A DNA stretch of 64,000 nt from Longimicrobiales bacterium (lineage in GTDB: Bacteria > Gemmatimonadota > Gemmatimonadetes > Longimicrobiales > Gaopeijiaceae), in NCBI GenBank assembly GCA_965248195.1, contig CBDFIQ010000001.1, positions 224,001 to 288,000 on the forward strand. The letters run 5' to 3'. How positions within the stretch are numbered: the first letter of the stretch is position 1; the number at the start of each line of letters is the position of its first letter. Position numbers and translations under genes: made by a program. The notes under the pieces were generated by a model that saw nothing but the letters and a program-made list of their open reading frames with translations, was not told the DNA's origin and ran no database searches. This document shows, one piece after another, positions 19,271 to 28,371 of the stretch.

Positions 19271-20863
19271 TCAGCGGATTCCGTCCACCACGCGGAAAAC
19301 GCTCGGCTCCCGCCTCGACTGGCCGGGGATGAGGAAGACGACGGAATCATCCCCGACGAAATCCGGGAAAGCGAGCGGGCTGGCACCTTCACTGTCGCTG
19401 AGCCTGGTAAGGCGCCGCTGGTCCCGGTCGAAGAGGAAGATCCCCCGCGAGCTTTCGTCGGTCTCCGCCCGTCGCCGCCTGATGCGTGGCGTGGCGAACG
19501 CCAGCAGCCGACCGGTTCGGTGCCACGCTACCTTGCTGGTCTGGACGCCGAGGTCGAGGACCTCGTTGCAGCGTCCGGCCGTCAGGATTCGGAAGATCTT
19601 CGTCGTGCCGGTCGACTCGTCGCGAGCGGCGACCTCTGTTCCGTCCTGCGACATGATGGGGGTCGAGAGGGACGTCTCCCTACACGGCGTCACCGGCTCG
19701 CCGATCGGCCGGACCCGAGGAACACCGTTCCGGGGATCGACCTGGACCTCGTAGTCGCGGTAGACGATACCCTCGAACCAGCTCGTGAGCACACGGTACA
19801 CGGTCCGAGACTCCTCCTGCTCGAGGATGCCCACGGACGGGTACTGGTCTCGCATTAGTGGATCCATAAAAAACGGCGCCACCGATGTTCGTCTGTCGGC
19901 TCGCGCCGCTTCGAACACTTCATCCGCCTCGTAGAACCTGAGGCCGTCTCGGCCCCGACCGGGGGTCACGAAGTATCGGCCGTCCGGCGTCGGGACGAAG
20001 TCGATGAACCCGGACGCAAGACGGCTCTGCCCGTCGACCAGGTCGAGGAGGTAGATCCGCCGTGCCGACTCGTACGCGAGGGCTTGTCTTCCCGGGACCC
20101 ACCGGAAGTATGCGCCCGGAGTCCCGACCGCCTCGTAGTCCACAAGAGGACGGCCGCCTTGTGATGCAGCAGAAAGCGTGGTGGACAGCGTCGGCAAGAA
20201 ACGGTTACGGCCGCTTCTCGTCGTCCCGGAGACCCGCCGCCCGATCATCCCCTCGTAGGTCTCCGCGGTCTTGTAGCCCAGGATCGCGTGACCGACTACC
20301 TGTCCCTCGTCATGCACGACGACCGCCGGGGCGTGGGCGAGGGCCCCAGCGCCGAGCATCGCGTCAGCCATCGGAATCACACCGGCTCCGAGGCCCGGAG
20401 CGGCGTAGGCGTATTCGTGCACCTCTTCGGTGCCGACCAACGTGAGGCGCATCCCCAACCTCCGGGCCGCCCCGGAGATCTCGGCAATCCCCGAGCGGGA
20501 CAGAGGCATGCGCTGAGACCAGAAGTAGACGATCCCCGTGCAGTCGTCAGCGCATTCTTCAATCCGCCTGGCGGCGTCCTCCAGGCTCGTAAGGGAGTCG
20601 AGGCCGGCGGGAAGCGGAGCCACGTCATACGCCAACGGTGGCTCGGCCACCGCCAAGGTTGGCTCCGCCACGCGCTCCAGGCGCGGGTCCCCCGCACGCT
20701 CCAAGGGTGGCTCCGCCACGCCGCGCACGTCCGCCAGGCTCGCGGCCGCCAGCGCCGCGACTCCGAGGACGCCGATCCAGATCCAGGCTCGTCTTCGTTC
20801 CTCACGCTTCAGCACCGGCGTCACCTCGGCCGAACGATCGGCCGCCTCCTCGGCGCTCGCCAT
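19271..20863 (-). CDS. Membrane-anchored hypothetical protein (degenerate thioredoxin-like region plus TolB-like beta-propeller)
   Basis: N-terminal TM helix, VAEPxL repeats, IVYFWS, PTPDGRY/SQDGTEVA/WHRTGRLLAF blade motifs. Confidence 0.6.
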   Translation of the reverse strand: MASAEEAADRSAEVTPVLKREERRRAWIWIGVLGVAALAAASLADVRGVAEPPLERAGDPRLERVAEPTLAVAEPPLAYDVAPLPAGLDSLTSLEDAARRIEECADDCTGIVYFWSQRMPLSRSGIAEISGAARRLGMRLTLVGTEEVHEYAYAAPGLGAGVIPMADAMLGAGALAHAPAVVVHDEGQVVGHAILGYKTAETYEGMIGRRVSGTTRSGRNRFLPTLSTTLSAASQGGRPLVDYEAVGTPGAYFRWVPGRQALAYESARRIYLLDLVDGQSRLASGFIDFVPTPDGRYFVTPGRGRDGLRFYEADEVFEAARADRRTSVAPFFMDPLMRDQYPSVGILEQEESRTVYRVLTSWFEGIVYRDYEVQVDPRNGVPRVRPIGEPVTPCRETSLSTPIMSQDGTEVAARDESTGTTKIFRILTAGRCNEVLDLGVQTSKVAWHRTGRLLAFATPRIRRRRAETDESSRGIFLFDRDQRRLTRLSDSEGASPLAFPDFVGDDSVVFLIPGQSRREPSVFRVVDGIR

Positions 20864-20864
20864 C

Positions 20865-21227
20865 CTAGGTGCCGTGAAAGGCAACAGGCTTGCCGCGTGG
20901 CTCCGGCTCGAGATCCGGTTGGCTCGAGTCCGTGAAGACCTCGTGCAACTCGAGCTGGCTCGGCTGCACGAACGCTTCTTGGGGAAGCGTGCCGGAGCGT
21001 GCATGCCCTTTCACAAACTCGTCCGACTGCACCCACGCATCGAACGCGGCCCGGGATTCCCACAGAGTCAAGACAATGTAGGGGTCTCCCGGATTGACTG
21101 GGCGCAGCACCTTGTTCCAGATAAACCCGGGCATCCCGTCCACCAGCCGCGCCCGTGTCTGGAAGCGCTGCTCGAACTGCTCGGCGTACTCCGGCACCAC
21201 ATAGATCCGGTTCATGGCGGTGATCAT
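20865..21227 (-). CDS. ABM-family (IsdG/HmoA-like) monooxygenase, putative haem-degrading
   Basis: MNRI, FEQRF..R, MPGF, WES..AF..W..S..F..GH with Asn/Trp/His triad. Confidence 0.85.
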   Translation of the reverse strand: MITAMNRIYVVPEYAEQFEQRFQTRARLVDGMPGFIWNKVLRPVNPGDPYIVLTLWESRAAFDAWVQSDEFVKGHARSGTLPQEAFVQPSQLELHEVFTDSSQPDLEPEPRGKPVAFHGT

Positions 21228-21304
21228 TCTCGGTCACTCTCCATTGGGTTTGCGTAGCGGCGTTCGAGGGCCGCGTTGAGACGGGCGACGGCATCGGGCA
21301 TGGT

Positions 21305-21341
21305 GGACAAGATGCTTCCAGAGCGTGTGGGGCGGCAAGCG
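21305..21341 (-). promoter_or_regulatory. Promoter module C, copy 1
   Basis: 34/37 identical to 48021-48057; TTGCCG-N18-CATCTT on the minus strand. Confidence 0.65.
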
Positions 21342-21362
21342 TCTCACACGCTCCCCGGGGGG

Positions 21363-21391
21363 TTGCCCATCACCTCCACCCATAGGATGTT
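21363..21391 (+). promoter_or_regulatory. Putative sigma70-type promoter TTGCCC-N17-GATGTT
   Basis: Same -35/-10 spacing and -10 hexamer as module A; upstream of the 21500 gene. Confidence 0.4.
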
Positions 21392-21499
21392 GCCACGCTC
21401 CCTACTCTGAGCCACGCTTCCTACCTTAATGAAGGCGGCCCTCGACACGGATTTCATCGCCGCCTTTGAGGTGCGAATGGAGCTCACCCCCTGAGGCAG

Positions 21500-22795
21500 A
21501 TGACCATCATGAAGCAGACCCTATCAATCGCCGCCGGATCGTTCGTATTGGCTGCACTGAGCCACCCGGCCCTCGCTCAGAGTGTGTTTCCGACAGGCAC
21601 AACGATCTACAATCCCGCTGAGGCCTACAGTAGTTATGTCCTGATATCAGACCACACCGCGGTGGGCAACCATTCGAGTGCGAGAGCCCGGGCCGAGGAC
21701 CCAGGCACCCCCAGCGACATTCGCCTCATCGACATGAATGGCAATGTGGTTCACACCTGGGAGGTAGCTCCTTACTTCAACAAGCGCAGCAGGCTGCTCC
21801 CCAGTGGGAACTTGGTCTATGTCGGCCCCAACAGGGCGATTTACGAATATGATTGGGACGGCAATGTGGTTTGGACCCATGAGGGCATCGGCTCTGTCAA
21901 CGACATGCGCATCTTGCCGAACAACAACAGACTGCTGCTTGCCCACGAGCCGATACCTGAAGAGTTCCAGCGACAAGTGAGAGACGTTGAAATAGCACCC
22001 TGGTGGGGGCCTCGACTAAGAGGCAGTGAGGAAACACAATTGGGCGCCGATCTGTACGAAGTGAATCTGGACGGAGAAGTCGTTTGGGAGTGGCACGCAC
22101 ACAATCATCTCGATCTGAACCTGTTCTCGCCGGCGACTCCAGAAGGCGACTGGCTGCATGTCAATTCAGTTGCCCCCCTGCCAGAGAACAAGTGGTACGA
22201 CGCTGGAGACGAGCGGTTCAGACCCGGCAACATTCTGCTCAACGCGAGGAACATCAACACCGTATACCTCATCGACAAAGAGAGCAAAGAGATCGTTTGG
22301 GAGGGCACGCATAACTACAAAGGCGGCATGGCCCATGCCCACGAGGCGGAGATGATCGAAAAGGGCCTTCCCGGGGCCGGCAATATCATGCTGTTCGACA
22401 ACGGTCTCTTCACCAGGCAGAGGGCCCATACCGGCCAGACTTTCATCGTTGAGCTGGATCCGATCACTCAGGAGATCGTCTGGATATATGAAACAGAGGG
22501 CTACGCGAACATAAAGTTCTTCAGTAAGACCATGGGAACCCAGAAGCGGCTCCCCAATGGCAATACCTACATAGCCGAGGACAACACGGGACGGCTCTTT
22601 CAGGTGCGACCCGACGGCGAGATCGTATGGGAATATGTCAACAGAGGGGGCACGACTCGTCCGTCGGTGATTCCGTACGATTTCACCCCACAACTAAGGG
22701 CGCTGCCCAGACCGGAAGAGCTCACCGTGACGCCGCCAAACAATCTGGAGTGGCACATTGCGCCCGATATCCAGAGAGAGAGGGGCGGGCTCTAG
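21500..22795 (+). CDS. Exported arylsulfotransferase (ASST)-like beta-propeller
   Basis: LIDMNGNVVHTW, DWLHVNS, GNIMLFDNG, KRLPNGNTYI, GEIVWEYVN. Confidence 0.85.
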   Translation: MTIMKQTLSIAAGSFVLAALSHPALAQSVFPTGTTIYNPAEAYSSYVLISDHTAVGNHSSARARAEDPGTPSDIRLIDMNGNVVHTWEVAPYFNKRSRLLPSGNLVYVGPNRAIYEYDWDGNVVWTHEGIGSVNDMRILPNNNRLLLAHEPIPEEFQRQVRDVEIAPWWGPRLRGSEETQLGADLYEVNLDGEVVWEWHAHNHLDLNLFSPATPEGDWLHVNSVAPLPENKWYDAGDERFRPGNILLNARNINTVYLIDKESKEIVWEGTHNYKGGMAHAHEAEMIEKGLPGAGNIMLFDNGLFTRQRAHTGQTFIVELDPITQEIVWIYETEGYANIKFFSKTMGTQKRLPNGNTYIAEDNTGRLFQVRPDGEIVWEYVNRGGTTRPSVIPYDFTPQLRALPRPEELTVTPPNNLEWHIAPDIQRERGGL

Positions 22796-22856
22796 GGGGG
22801 CCTTTTGGGGTCCCGTAGGGAGCTAGGGCGACGGCCCACCCGAGGCCTACCCTCCC

Positions 22857-23858
22857 CTACATCAGCAGCTCGAGCAGCGCCGACGACACCGCGTCCGGCC
22901 GGTGCGCCGGCAAGTCGTGTCCCGCCCCGTCGACGATGCGACGCGCGACGAGTGAGGGGAACCTCCGCTGGTCGCCCGACGGATCCGGCGAGGGTCGGCC
23001 GAAGCCGTTCTCCGCCCCCCGCAGCACGATGGCGGGCACCTGGATCTGCGGCCGCTGAGCCAGCCGGCGCTCCACCGCCAGGAAACGCTCCTCGCCAGGC
23101 GCGTTCAGGTGCCGGTGCCGGTAGGAGTGGATCACGACATCGACGAAATCGGGGTTATCGAACGACGGGGCCGATCGATCGAATGCCGCGTCGGTGTATT
23201 GCCACCCGGGCGACCAGGTGTCCCACAGATACCGGATGATGTCGCGTCGATTCGCCTCGAGTCCGGCCCGTCCGCGCTCCGTGTTGAAGTACCACTGATA
23301 CCAGAGGCGTGCCTCGGAGGCGGCTGGCGCCGGGCCTCCCGGCGTGAGGGTGTTCTGCACCGAATACCCGCCGCAAGCGACCTGCGCGCGCACCCGTTCG
23401 GGGTGGAGGATGGCCGTGATGCAAGCCGCACGGTTGCCCCAGTCGAACCCCGCCAGCGCGAAGCGCTCCAGCCCGAGCGCGTCGGCGAAGTCGACCACGT
23501 CCTGGGCAATCGCGGCTTGCTCCGCCATGCGCGGCGCAGCGGGGTCGCGGAATCGCGTGGGACCGTAGCCGCGAAGATACGGAACCAGCACCCGGTGGCC
23601 CGCGTCGACCAGCGACGGCACCACGCCGTCCCAGGATCGAACATCGTAAGGAAAGCCGTGCAGGAGGATGATGGGGAACCCGGCGCTGTTCCCGGTCTCC
23701 TCATACGCGATGTCGAGCACCGCAGTCTGGATCGTCCGCACGTCTTGACGGGCCCCGGTCTGAACCCGGGCGTCACCAACGGCCGCGGAGCCACCAGCCA
23801 CCGCCACGGCGCCCACCGCACCGGCGCTCTTCAGGAATTCTCTTCGGCTCTGAGCCAT
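22857..23858 (-). CDS. Tat-exported alpha/beta hydrolase (epoxide-hydrolase-like)
   Basis: SRREFLK twin-arginine; LLHGFP, GFDWG nucleophile elbow, GAGH. Confidence 0.9.
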   Translation of the reverse strand: MAQSRREFLKSAGAVGAVAVAGGSAAVGDARVQTGARQDVRTIQTAVLDIAYEETGNSAGFPIILLHGFPYDVRSWDGVVPSLVDAGHRVLVPYLRGYGPTRFRDPAAPRMAEQAAIAQDVVDFADALGLERFALAGFDWGNRAACITAILHPERVRAQVACGGYSVQNTLTPGGPAPAASEARLWYQWYFNTERGRAGLEANRRDIIRYLWDTWSPGWQYTDAAFDRSAPSFDNPDFVDVVIHSYRHRHLNAPGEERFLAVERRLAQRPQIQVPAIVLRGAENGFGRPSPDPSGDQRRFPSLVARRIVDGAGHDLPAHRPDAVSSALLELLM

Positions 23859-24024
23859 GACCGTTCCTCCGAAATGGGGCCTACCAAAGCTGAGCCCACG
23901 GTAGAGCTGGCTCCAGCCGCGAGCAAGGCATGAGCGCTCAGCCGGGACGTCGCTACCCTTACTTTCTCGCTTCACCCTCCGGTGTTAGTCTCTTCCAAAA
24001 TCCCGCCACACCAGCGGAGGACCC

Positions 24025-25017
24025 ATGAAAAGGCTACTCGCCAGATCTTTCCCGGTACTCCTGATTTCGGTCATCGCCCTAGCCCGACCCGCCTCCGGCC
24101 AACTGCAGGATGGCGGTTCCGATAGGGATGTCACCCCCGCCCAGTATGAACAGTGGAAGCTGGAACTGTCTAACTGGGGACGTTGGGGGGAAGACGGTGA
24201 GATCGGAGCCCTCAACCTGATTACGCCAGAGAAGCGCTTGGAGGCAGCGGCTCTGGTTCAGGAGGGGTTTTCTGTGTCGCTGGCCTCGGACGCAAATACG
24301 GTCCAGGCCGTCGACAATCCCAGGCCGTACGAACACGAGATGCTCAGTATCAGCTCGGACCGGATTGCCGTCCGTTACCACGGTATCACCCACACTCACA
24401 TCGACGCCCTGGCTCATGTGAACGACGGCGGGACTTTCTTCGACGGGTACACACCCGACGCCGACGCCACTCTCGCAAGTGGACACGAGAAGAGCTCGAT
24501 CCACAACCTCAAGAATGGCGTCCTCACTCGTGGCGTCCTGATCGACATTCCAAGGTTCCGGGGCCTACCGTATCTGGAACCGGGCACTCCAATCTATGTG
24601 GAGGACTTGGAGGCGTGGGAAGAGCAAACCGGGGTGCGAATCTCCTCCGGTGACGCGCTATTCATTCGTACAGGTGTGTGGGCTCGACGCGAGGCCGAAG
24701 GACCATGGCTCCGCGGCCGCGCGAGGGGAGGGCGGTCGGCCGGTCTCCACCCGTCCGTGATTCCGTGGTTGAAAGAACGCGATGTCGCGTTATTGGGAAG
24801 CGACCATCCTACCTATGTCTCGCCTTCGAACCTGCCCGGGGCTGTGCACGATTTCGCCATCTTATATCTGGGGATCCACATGATCGATAACTGTGACCTC
24901 GAGGCGCTCGGCGCAGCGGCGGCCGAGAGAGGCCGGTGGGAGTTCCTCCTGATGCTCGCGCCGCTCCCGATCGCCGGGGGCACGGGTTCGCCATTGAACC
25001 CGATCGCCGTGTTTTGA
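24025..25017 (+). CDS. Exported cyclase-family (kynurenine-formamidase-like) metallohydrolase
   Basis: NWGRWG..GEIGALN, HGITHTHIDALAH, GGTGSPLNPIA. Confidence 0.9.
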   Translation: MKRLLARSFPVLLISVIALARPASGQLQDGGSDRDVTPAQYEQWKLELSNWGRWGEDGEIGALNLITPEKRLEAAALVQEGFSVSLASDANTVQAVDNPRPYEHEMLSISSDRIAVRYHGITHTHIDALAHVNDGGTFFDGYTPDADATLASGHEKSSIHNLKNGVLTRGVLIDIPRFRGLPYLEPGTPIYVEDLEAWEEQTGVRISSGDALFIRTGVWARREAEGPWLRGRARGGRSAGLHPSVIPWLKERDVALLGSDHPTYVSPSNLPGAVHDFAILYLGIHMIDNCDLEALGAAAAERGRWEFLLMLAPLPIAGGTGSPLNPIAVF

Positions 25018-25037
25018 GCCGCCCATAGAACTGGCTC

Positions 25038-26144
25038 TCAATCACGGCGAGTGTCACTCGATCCCTGCGCTTCCATTCTTTCCTCATAACGCGCGCCGCT
25101 CAAAACACCAGCCAAACTGTAGTTGCCCTCGTGGCAGGCGTACTCGTAGAGTTGGGCGTCGAACTTCTTGATCGGGATCTCTCCTCCCCACGCTTCGGTG
25201 TACATCGTCGGATCCTCAACGGTGAACTCATAGAGGATCGTCTCTTCGTCGACCCGAGTGAAGCGCTCGGTCACCCTCATTTGCCCTGACGGGGCAACAC
25301 CCCGGAGAGACTGTCGTGGATTGATGTTCGTGGTCTCGACCACGAGCGCGTCGCCTTCCCACCGACCCCAGGAGTCGCCGAACCACGGGCGGACGTCCTC
25401 GGGCATCGGGTTGGGCTCGCCAAACCGGATAATCCGCACGTCGTGGATCATCTCCGACATGATCATCAGGTAATCGGCCGTCTGTACGATGATGTAGTTG
25501 GCGTTGTAGGCCCCGGTGGGGACCATGGGGGGTCCGACAGGGGAACCGAAAAGGATGCAGCGCTCGGCGAATGGTCTCAGCTCCGGGTGGTCGTATCGGC
25601 CAAATTGGCCCCTGAAGTCCGTGGACTCCTGGACCCGCCGCTCGCCCTCCGGCGTGAGGGCCGGACGGCGCCCATTCGCCGGATGGGTGAGCAGAGAGGC
25701 TCTGGGCTCGCCATCGACGATCGCTACCCGCGAGCCCCGCTCCCAATAGACCTCGTTGTACTCGTTGCCGCTCAGTCGAGCCTCATTGGTGGACCCCTCG
25801 CGGGACGCCCTTCCGCACATTGTGGTTCCTGGGTTGGCGGGGCACCCATCTCCTGGCCGCTCCATCTCCTCGACTTCCTCCCGCGTGAACACCGGGCCCC
25901 TACCCTCTTCCCGCTCAAACGGGGTGAGCGTCGAGTTCGACCAGTTCCCCTGAAAATCCGGATGGCCGTCGGGTGTCCTGGGGACTTCCCACTTTTCGGC
26001 GTCGGAGGCTCGAGCCTGCGCCGCCGCGGTCGAGACGAAGCCGGGCGCTGCGGTTACGCAGAGAACAGCCAGAACCAGAAGCAGAGCGGAGTAACGCGAC
26101 ATCACTTCATGGCCTCGACCCACCACCGCCATACGCTTGCTCAT
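25038..26144 (-). CDS. Exported conserved hypothetical protein
   Basis: Signal peptide; PRTPDGHPDFQGNW, ERC, GDSWGRWEGDALVVET, YEYACHEGNY. Confidence 0.85.
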   Translation of the reverse strand: MSKRMAVVGRGHEVMSRYSALLLVLAVLCVTAAPGFVSTAAAQARASDAEKWEVPRTPDGHPDFQGNWSNSTLTPFEREEGRGPVFTREEVEEMERPGDGCPANPGTTMCGRASREGSTNEARLSGNEYNEVYWERGSRVAIVDGEPRASLLTHPANGRRPALTPEGERRVQESTDFRGQFGRYDHPELRPFAERCILFGSPVGPPMVPTGAYNANYIIVQTADYLMIMSEMIHDVRIIRFGEPNPMPEDVRPWFGDSWGRWEGDALVVETTNINPRQSLRGVAPSGQMRVTERFTRVDEETILYEFTVEDPTMYTEAWGGEIPIKKFDAQLYEYACHEGNYSLAGVLSGARYEERMEAQGSSDTRRD

Positions 26145-26189
26145 TTCAACCTCCATTCCAGCGGGATCCACGACACTGACCGGCACTCT

Positions 26190-26247
26190 TTTCAAAGAAC
26201 CCTCCGAGGGGTGGGTATAACGTGAGGGCCGGGACCGAAGCGGTCAA
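26190..26247 (-). promoter_or_regulatory. Promoter/leader module B, copy 1
   Basis: TTGACC-N17-CACGTT ATACCCACCCCTCGGAGGGTTCTTTG. Confidence 0.65.
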
Positions 26248-26308
26248 TATGGCCGGACCACCCCCGTGGCCCTTATTGGCTTGCTGATCTTCGAGCAGCA
26301 CCAGTGAG

Positions 26309-26370
26309 TTGCCCGGCTTGGTACGGGCCCCCACGTTATCCCGACCCGCCAGAGGGCTTTTGGTTTACTT
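26309..26370 (+). promoter_or_regulatory. Promoter/leader module B, copy 2
   Basis: TTGCCC-N17-CACGTT ATCCCGACCCGCCAGAGGGCTTTTGGTTT. Confidence 0.7.
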
Positions 26371-26392
26371 ATCCTTCACGTCGGAGGTGAGA

Positions 26393-27535
26393 ATGGACCG
26401 CCGGATATTCATTGCCAATGGGACCAAGGCCTCCGTGGGGCTCGCGGCCTTCCCGACCGCCGCCTTAGCCGGCGCCGGCGGGAGAGGACCGTTTTCGATG
26501 GCCCGGCCGGTTCAGACCACCACGCTGCGGCTGAATCACAACGCCAACCCACTGGGCACACCACCGAGAGCGCGCGCGGCGATTCTCGAAGCGATGGAGG
26601 ATGTGCCGCACTACCCCGGCCCCCGACGAGGGACGCTCAGAGCTCGACTCGCCGAGCTCCATGATGTCTCCGCGGACCAGGTGGTTCTCGGGTCCGGTTC
26701 CACTGAAGTCATTCGGACGGCTATCCAGGCTCACGCCTCTCCGCAGAGTCGCATCCTTCAGGCGGATCCGACCTACGAGGATGCCATCCGATACGGAGAG
26801 CCCTTTCCCTACCGGATCGAGCAGGTGCCTCTCACGAGCGAGTTCGCCCACGATGTTGAACGCATGAGGGGTCTGGCCGAGGGCTGGCGAGAGCCCACCG
26901 TGGTTTACATCTGCAATCCAAACAATCCGACCGGCACCCTCACTCCCAGTGCCGAAGTGGACGACTGGATCTCATCGGCTTCCGACAACGTCTTTTTTAT
27001 TGTTGACGAGGCTTACTTCCCCTTCGTCGACGACGCGAATTACTGGTCCGCACAGAAGTGGGCTCGGGAGCGGTCGAACGTGGTGGTCACCCGGACCTTC
27101 TCCAAGCTCTACGGAATGGCAGGCCTCCGCATCGGCTACGGCCTCTGCCATGCCGAGACCGCCCGCCGACTGAATCTTTATGCCACCCATTCCAATCCCA
27201 ACACTCTGGCCATGGCCGCTGCTCTTGGAGCCCTCGAGGAAGAAGGTTGGCAGGAGAAGAGCCTGAGAACGTGGGATCAGTGCAAAGAAGTGGTGACCAC
27301 GTGCTTGGACGAGCTCGGGCTTCATTATTTCCAGAGCCAGACCGCGTTCTTGTTCCACGAGATCCGCGGCGACCAGAACCTCTACATCCGTCGAATGGAG
27401 GACCACGGGATTCTGGTGGGACGACCGTTCCCGCCGATGCTCTCCCACAACCGACTCTCGCTCTCCGCCATGCCCGAGGAGTTGGGCCGGTTCGCCGAGA
27501 CCCTGCGGATGTTCCGAAGGAGGGGTTGGGTCTAG
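26393..27535 (+). CDS. Tat-signal PLP-dependent class I/II aminotransferase (HisC-like)
   Basis: MDRRIFI signal; CNPNNPTG, VDEAY, RTFSKLYGMAGLRIGY. Confidence 0.9.
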   Translation: MDRRIFIANGTKASVGLAAFPTAALAGAGGRGPFSMARPVQTTTLRLNHNANPLGTPPRARAAILEAMEDVPHYPGPRRGTLRARLAELHDVSADQVVLGSGSTEVIRTAIQAHASPQSRILQADPTYEDAIRYGEPFPYRIEQVPLTSEFAHDVERMRGLAEGWREPTVVYICNPNNPTGTLTPSAEVDDWISSASDNVFFIVDEAYFPFVDDANYWSAQKWARERSNVVVTRTFSKLYGMAGLRIGYGLCHAETARRLNLYATHSNPNTLAMAAALGALEEEGWQEKSLRTWDQCKEVVTTCLDELGLHYFQSQTAFLFHEIRGDQNLYIRRMEDHGILVGRPFPPMLSHNRLSLSAMPEELGRFAETLRMFRRRGWV

Positions 27536-27660
27536 AGGAGGGGCTGGGTCTAGACCTCCCTGAGCAAAGAGGAAGCGGTCTCGTCTGGGTGAGTCCGGGA
27601 GAAAAGTCTTGTGTCTCTGGAATTTCTGTGTTTCAGTGGTATTAACAGGAGGACGGGACC

Positions 27661-27804
27661 ATGGATGCGTATTGCGTCAAGTGCAAGTCGAAGAGGGAGA
27701 TCCAAGAGGGCCAGAAGGTCACCATGAAGAACGGGCGCCCGGCCATGAAGGGAAAGTGCCTGCACTGCGGGACGGGGCTTTACCGGATTCTGCCGTCGTC
27801 TTGA
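27661..27804 (+). CDS. 47-aa zinc-ribbon protein (DUF5679-like), absent from the ORF track
   Basis: AGGAGG RBS; MDAYCVKCKSKREIQEGQKVTMKNGRPAMKGKCLHCGTGLYRILPSS. Confidence 0.88.
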   Translation: MDAYCVKCKSKREIQEGQKVTMKNGRPAMKGKCLHCGTGLYRILPSS

Positions 27805-27858
27805 TCTCGGCCAGGTAACGATCAGCACCGACGACGGCTACCCCTAAGGTCGCGACTC

Positions 27859-28347
27859 TTATCGGCAGGCCAGGGGTACGCTCTGGCTTCTGAGTTGCTC
27901 TCCCACCATGTGGCGGATCCGGAAGATCAAGCTGAAGTCCGGAGTCGAGTTCTCCGCGACCCGGACTGACGTCGTCTTCGGGCCGCCGCTGCGTATTTCC
28001 AGGCTCCCGAATCGGTCGACCATTTCGACCTCGCTCACCTCGATCTTCGAGCGATTGCCCAAAGCATCGATGAACTCGATCTCACTGGGTGCCCACGTCC
28101 CCACGTCGTTGGGAGGCGCACCACCGGAGGCCGCCACGGTGAGCGTGTAGCGGCATTCATATCGGCCCGTGACCTCGTCCTGACCCACGGACAGGACCTT
28201 CCCCGACACCCGGAGGCTGAACGGCTCGAGGCTGACCGGCTCCAGACGCAACGTCGTCCCCACCGGAGTGGTGGTGGGTGGCGGGCCGCCCCCGCACCCC
28301 AGGATCGACAACGCCAGGATCGCGTGGCAAGTGGCTCCACAAGGCAT
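27859..28347 (-). CDS. Hypothetical lipoprotein
   Basis: Lipobox ILGC; beta-rich mature region; follows the 28372 gene co-directionally. Confidence 0.55.
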   Translation of the reverse strand: MPCGATCHAILALSILGCGGGPPPTTTPVGTTLRLEPVSLEPFSLRVSGKVLSVGQDEVTGRYECRYTLTVAASGGAPPNDVGTWAPSEIEFIDALGNRSKIEVSEVEMVDRFGSLEIRSGGPKTTSVRVAENSTPDFSLIFRIRHMVGEQLRSQSVPLACR

Positions 28348-28371
28348 GCCCGATCGTCCAGCCCCTCAGGG

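Noticed and set aside
17905..19332. Long antisense or alternative-frame ORFs (also 28324-29382, 50792-52231, 52564-53835, 53978-55240, 61779-62858)
   Set aside because: Shadow ORFs expected opposite real genes in GC-rich DNA; no protein motifs
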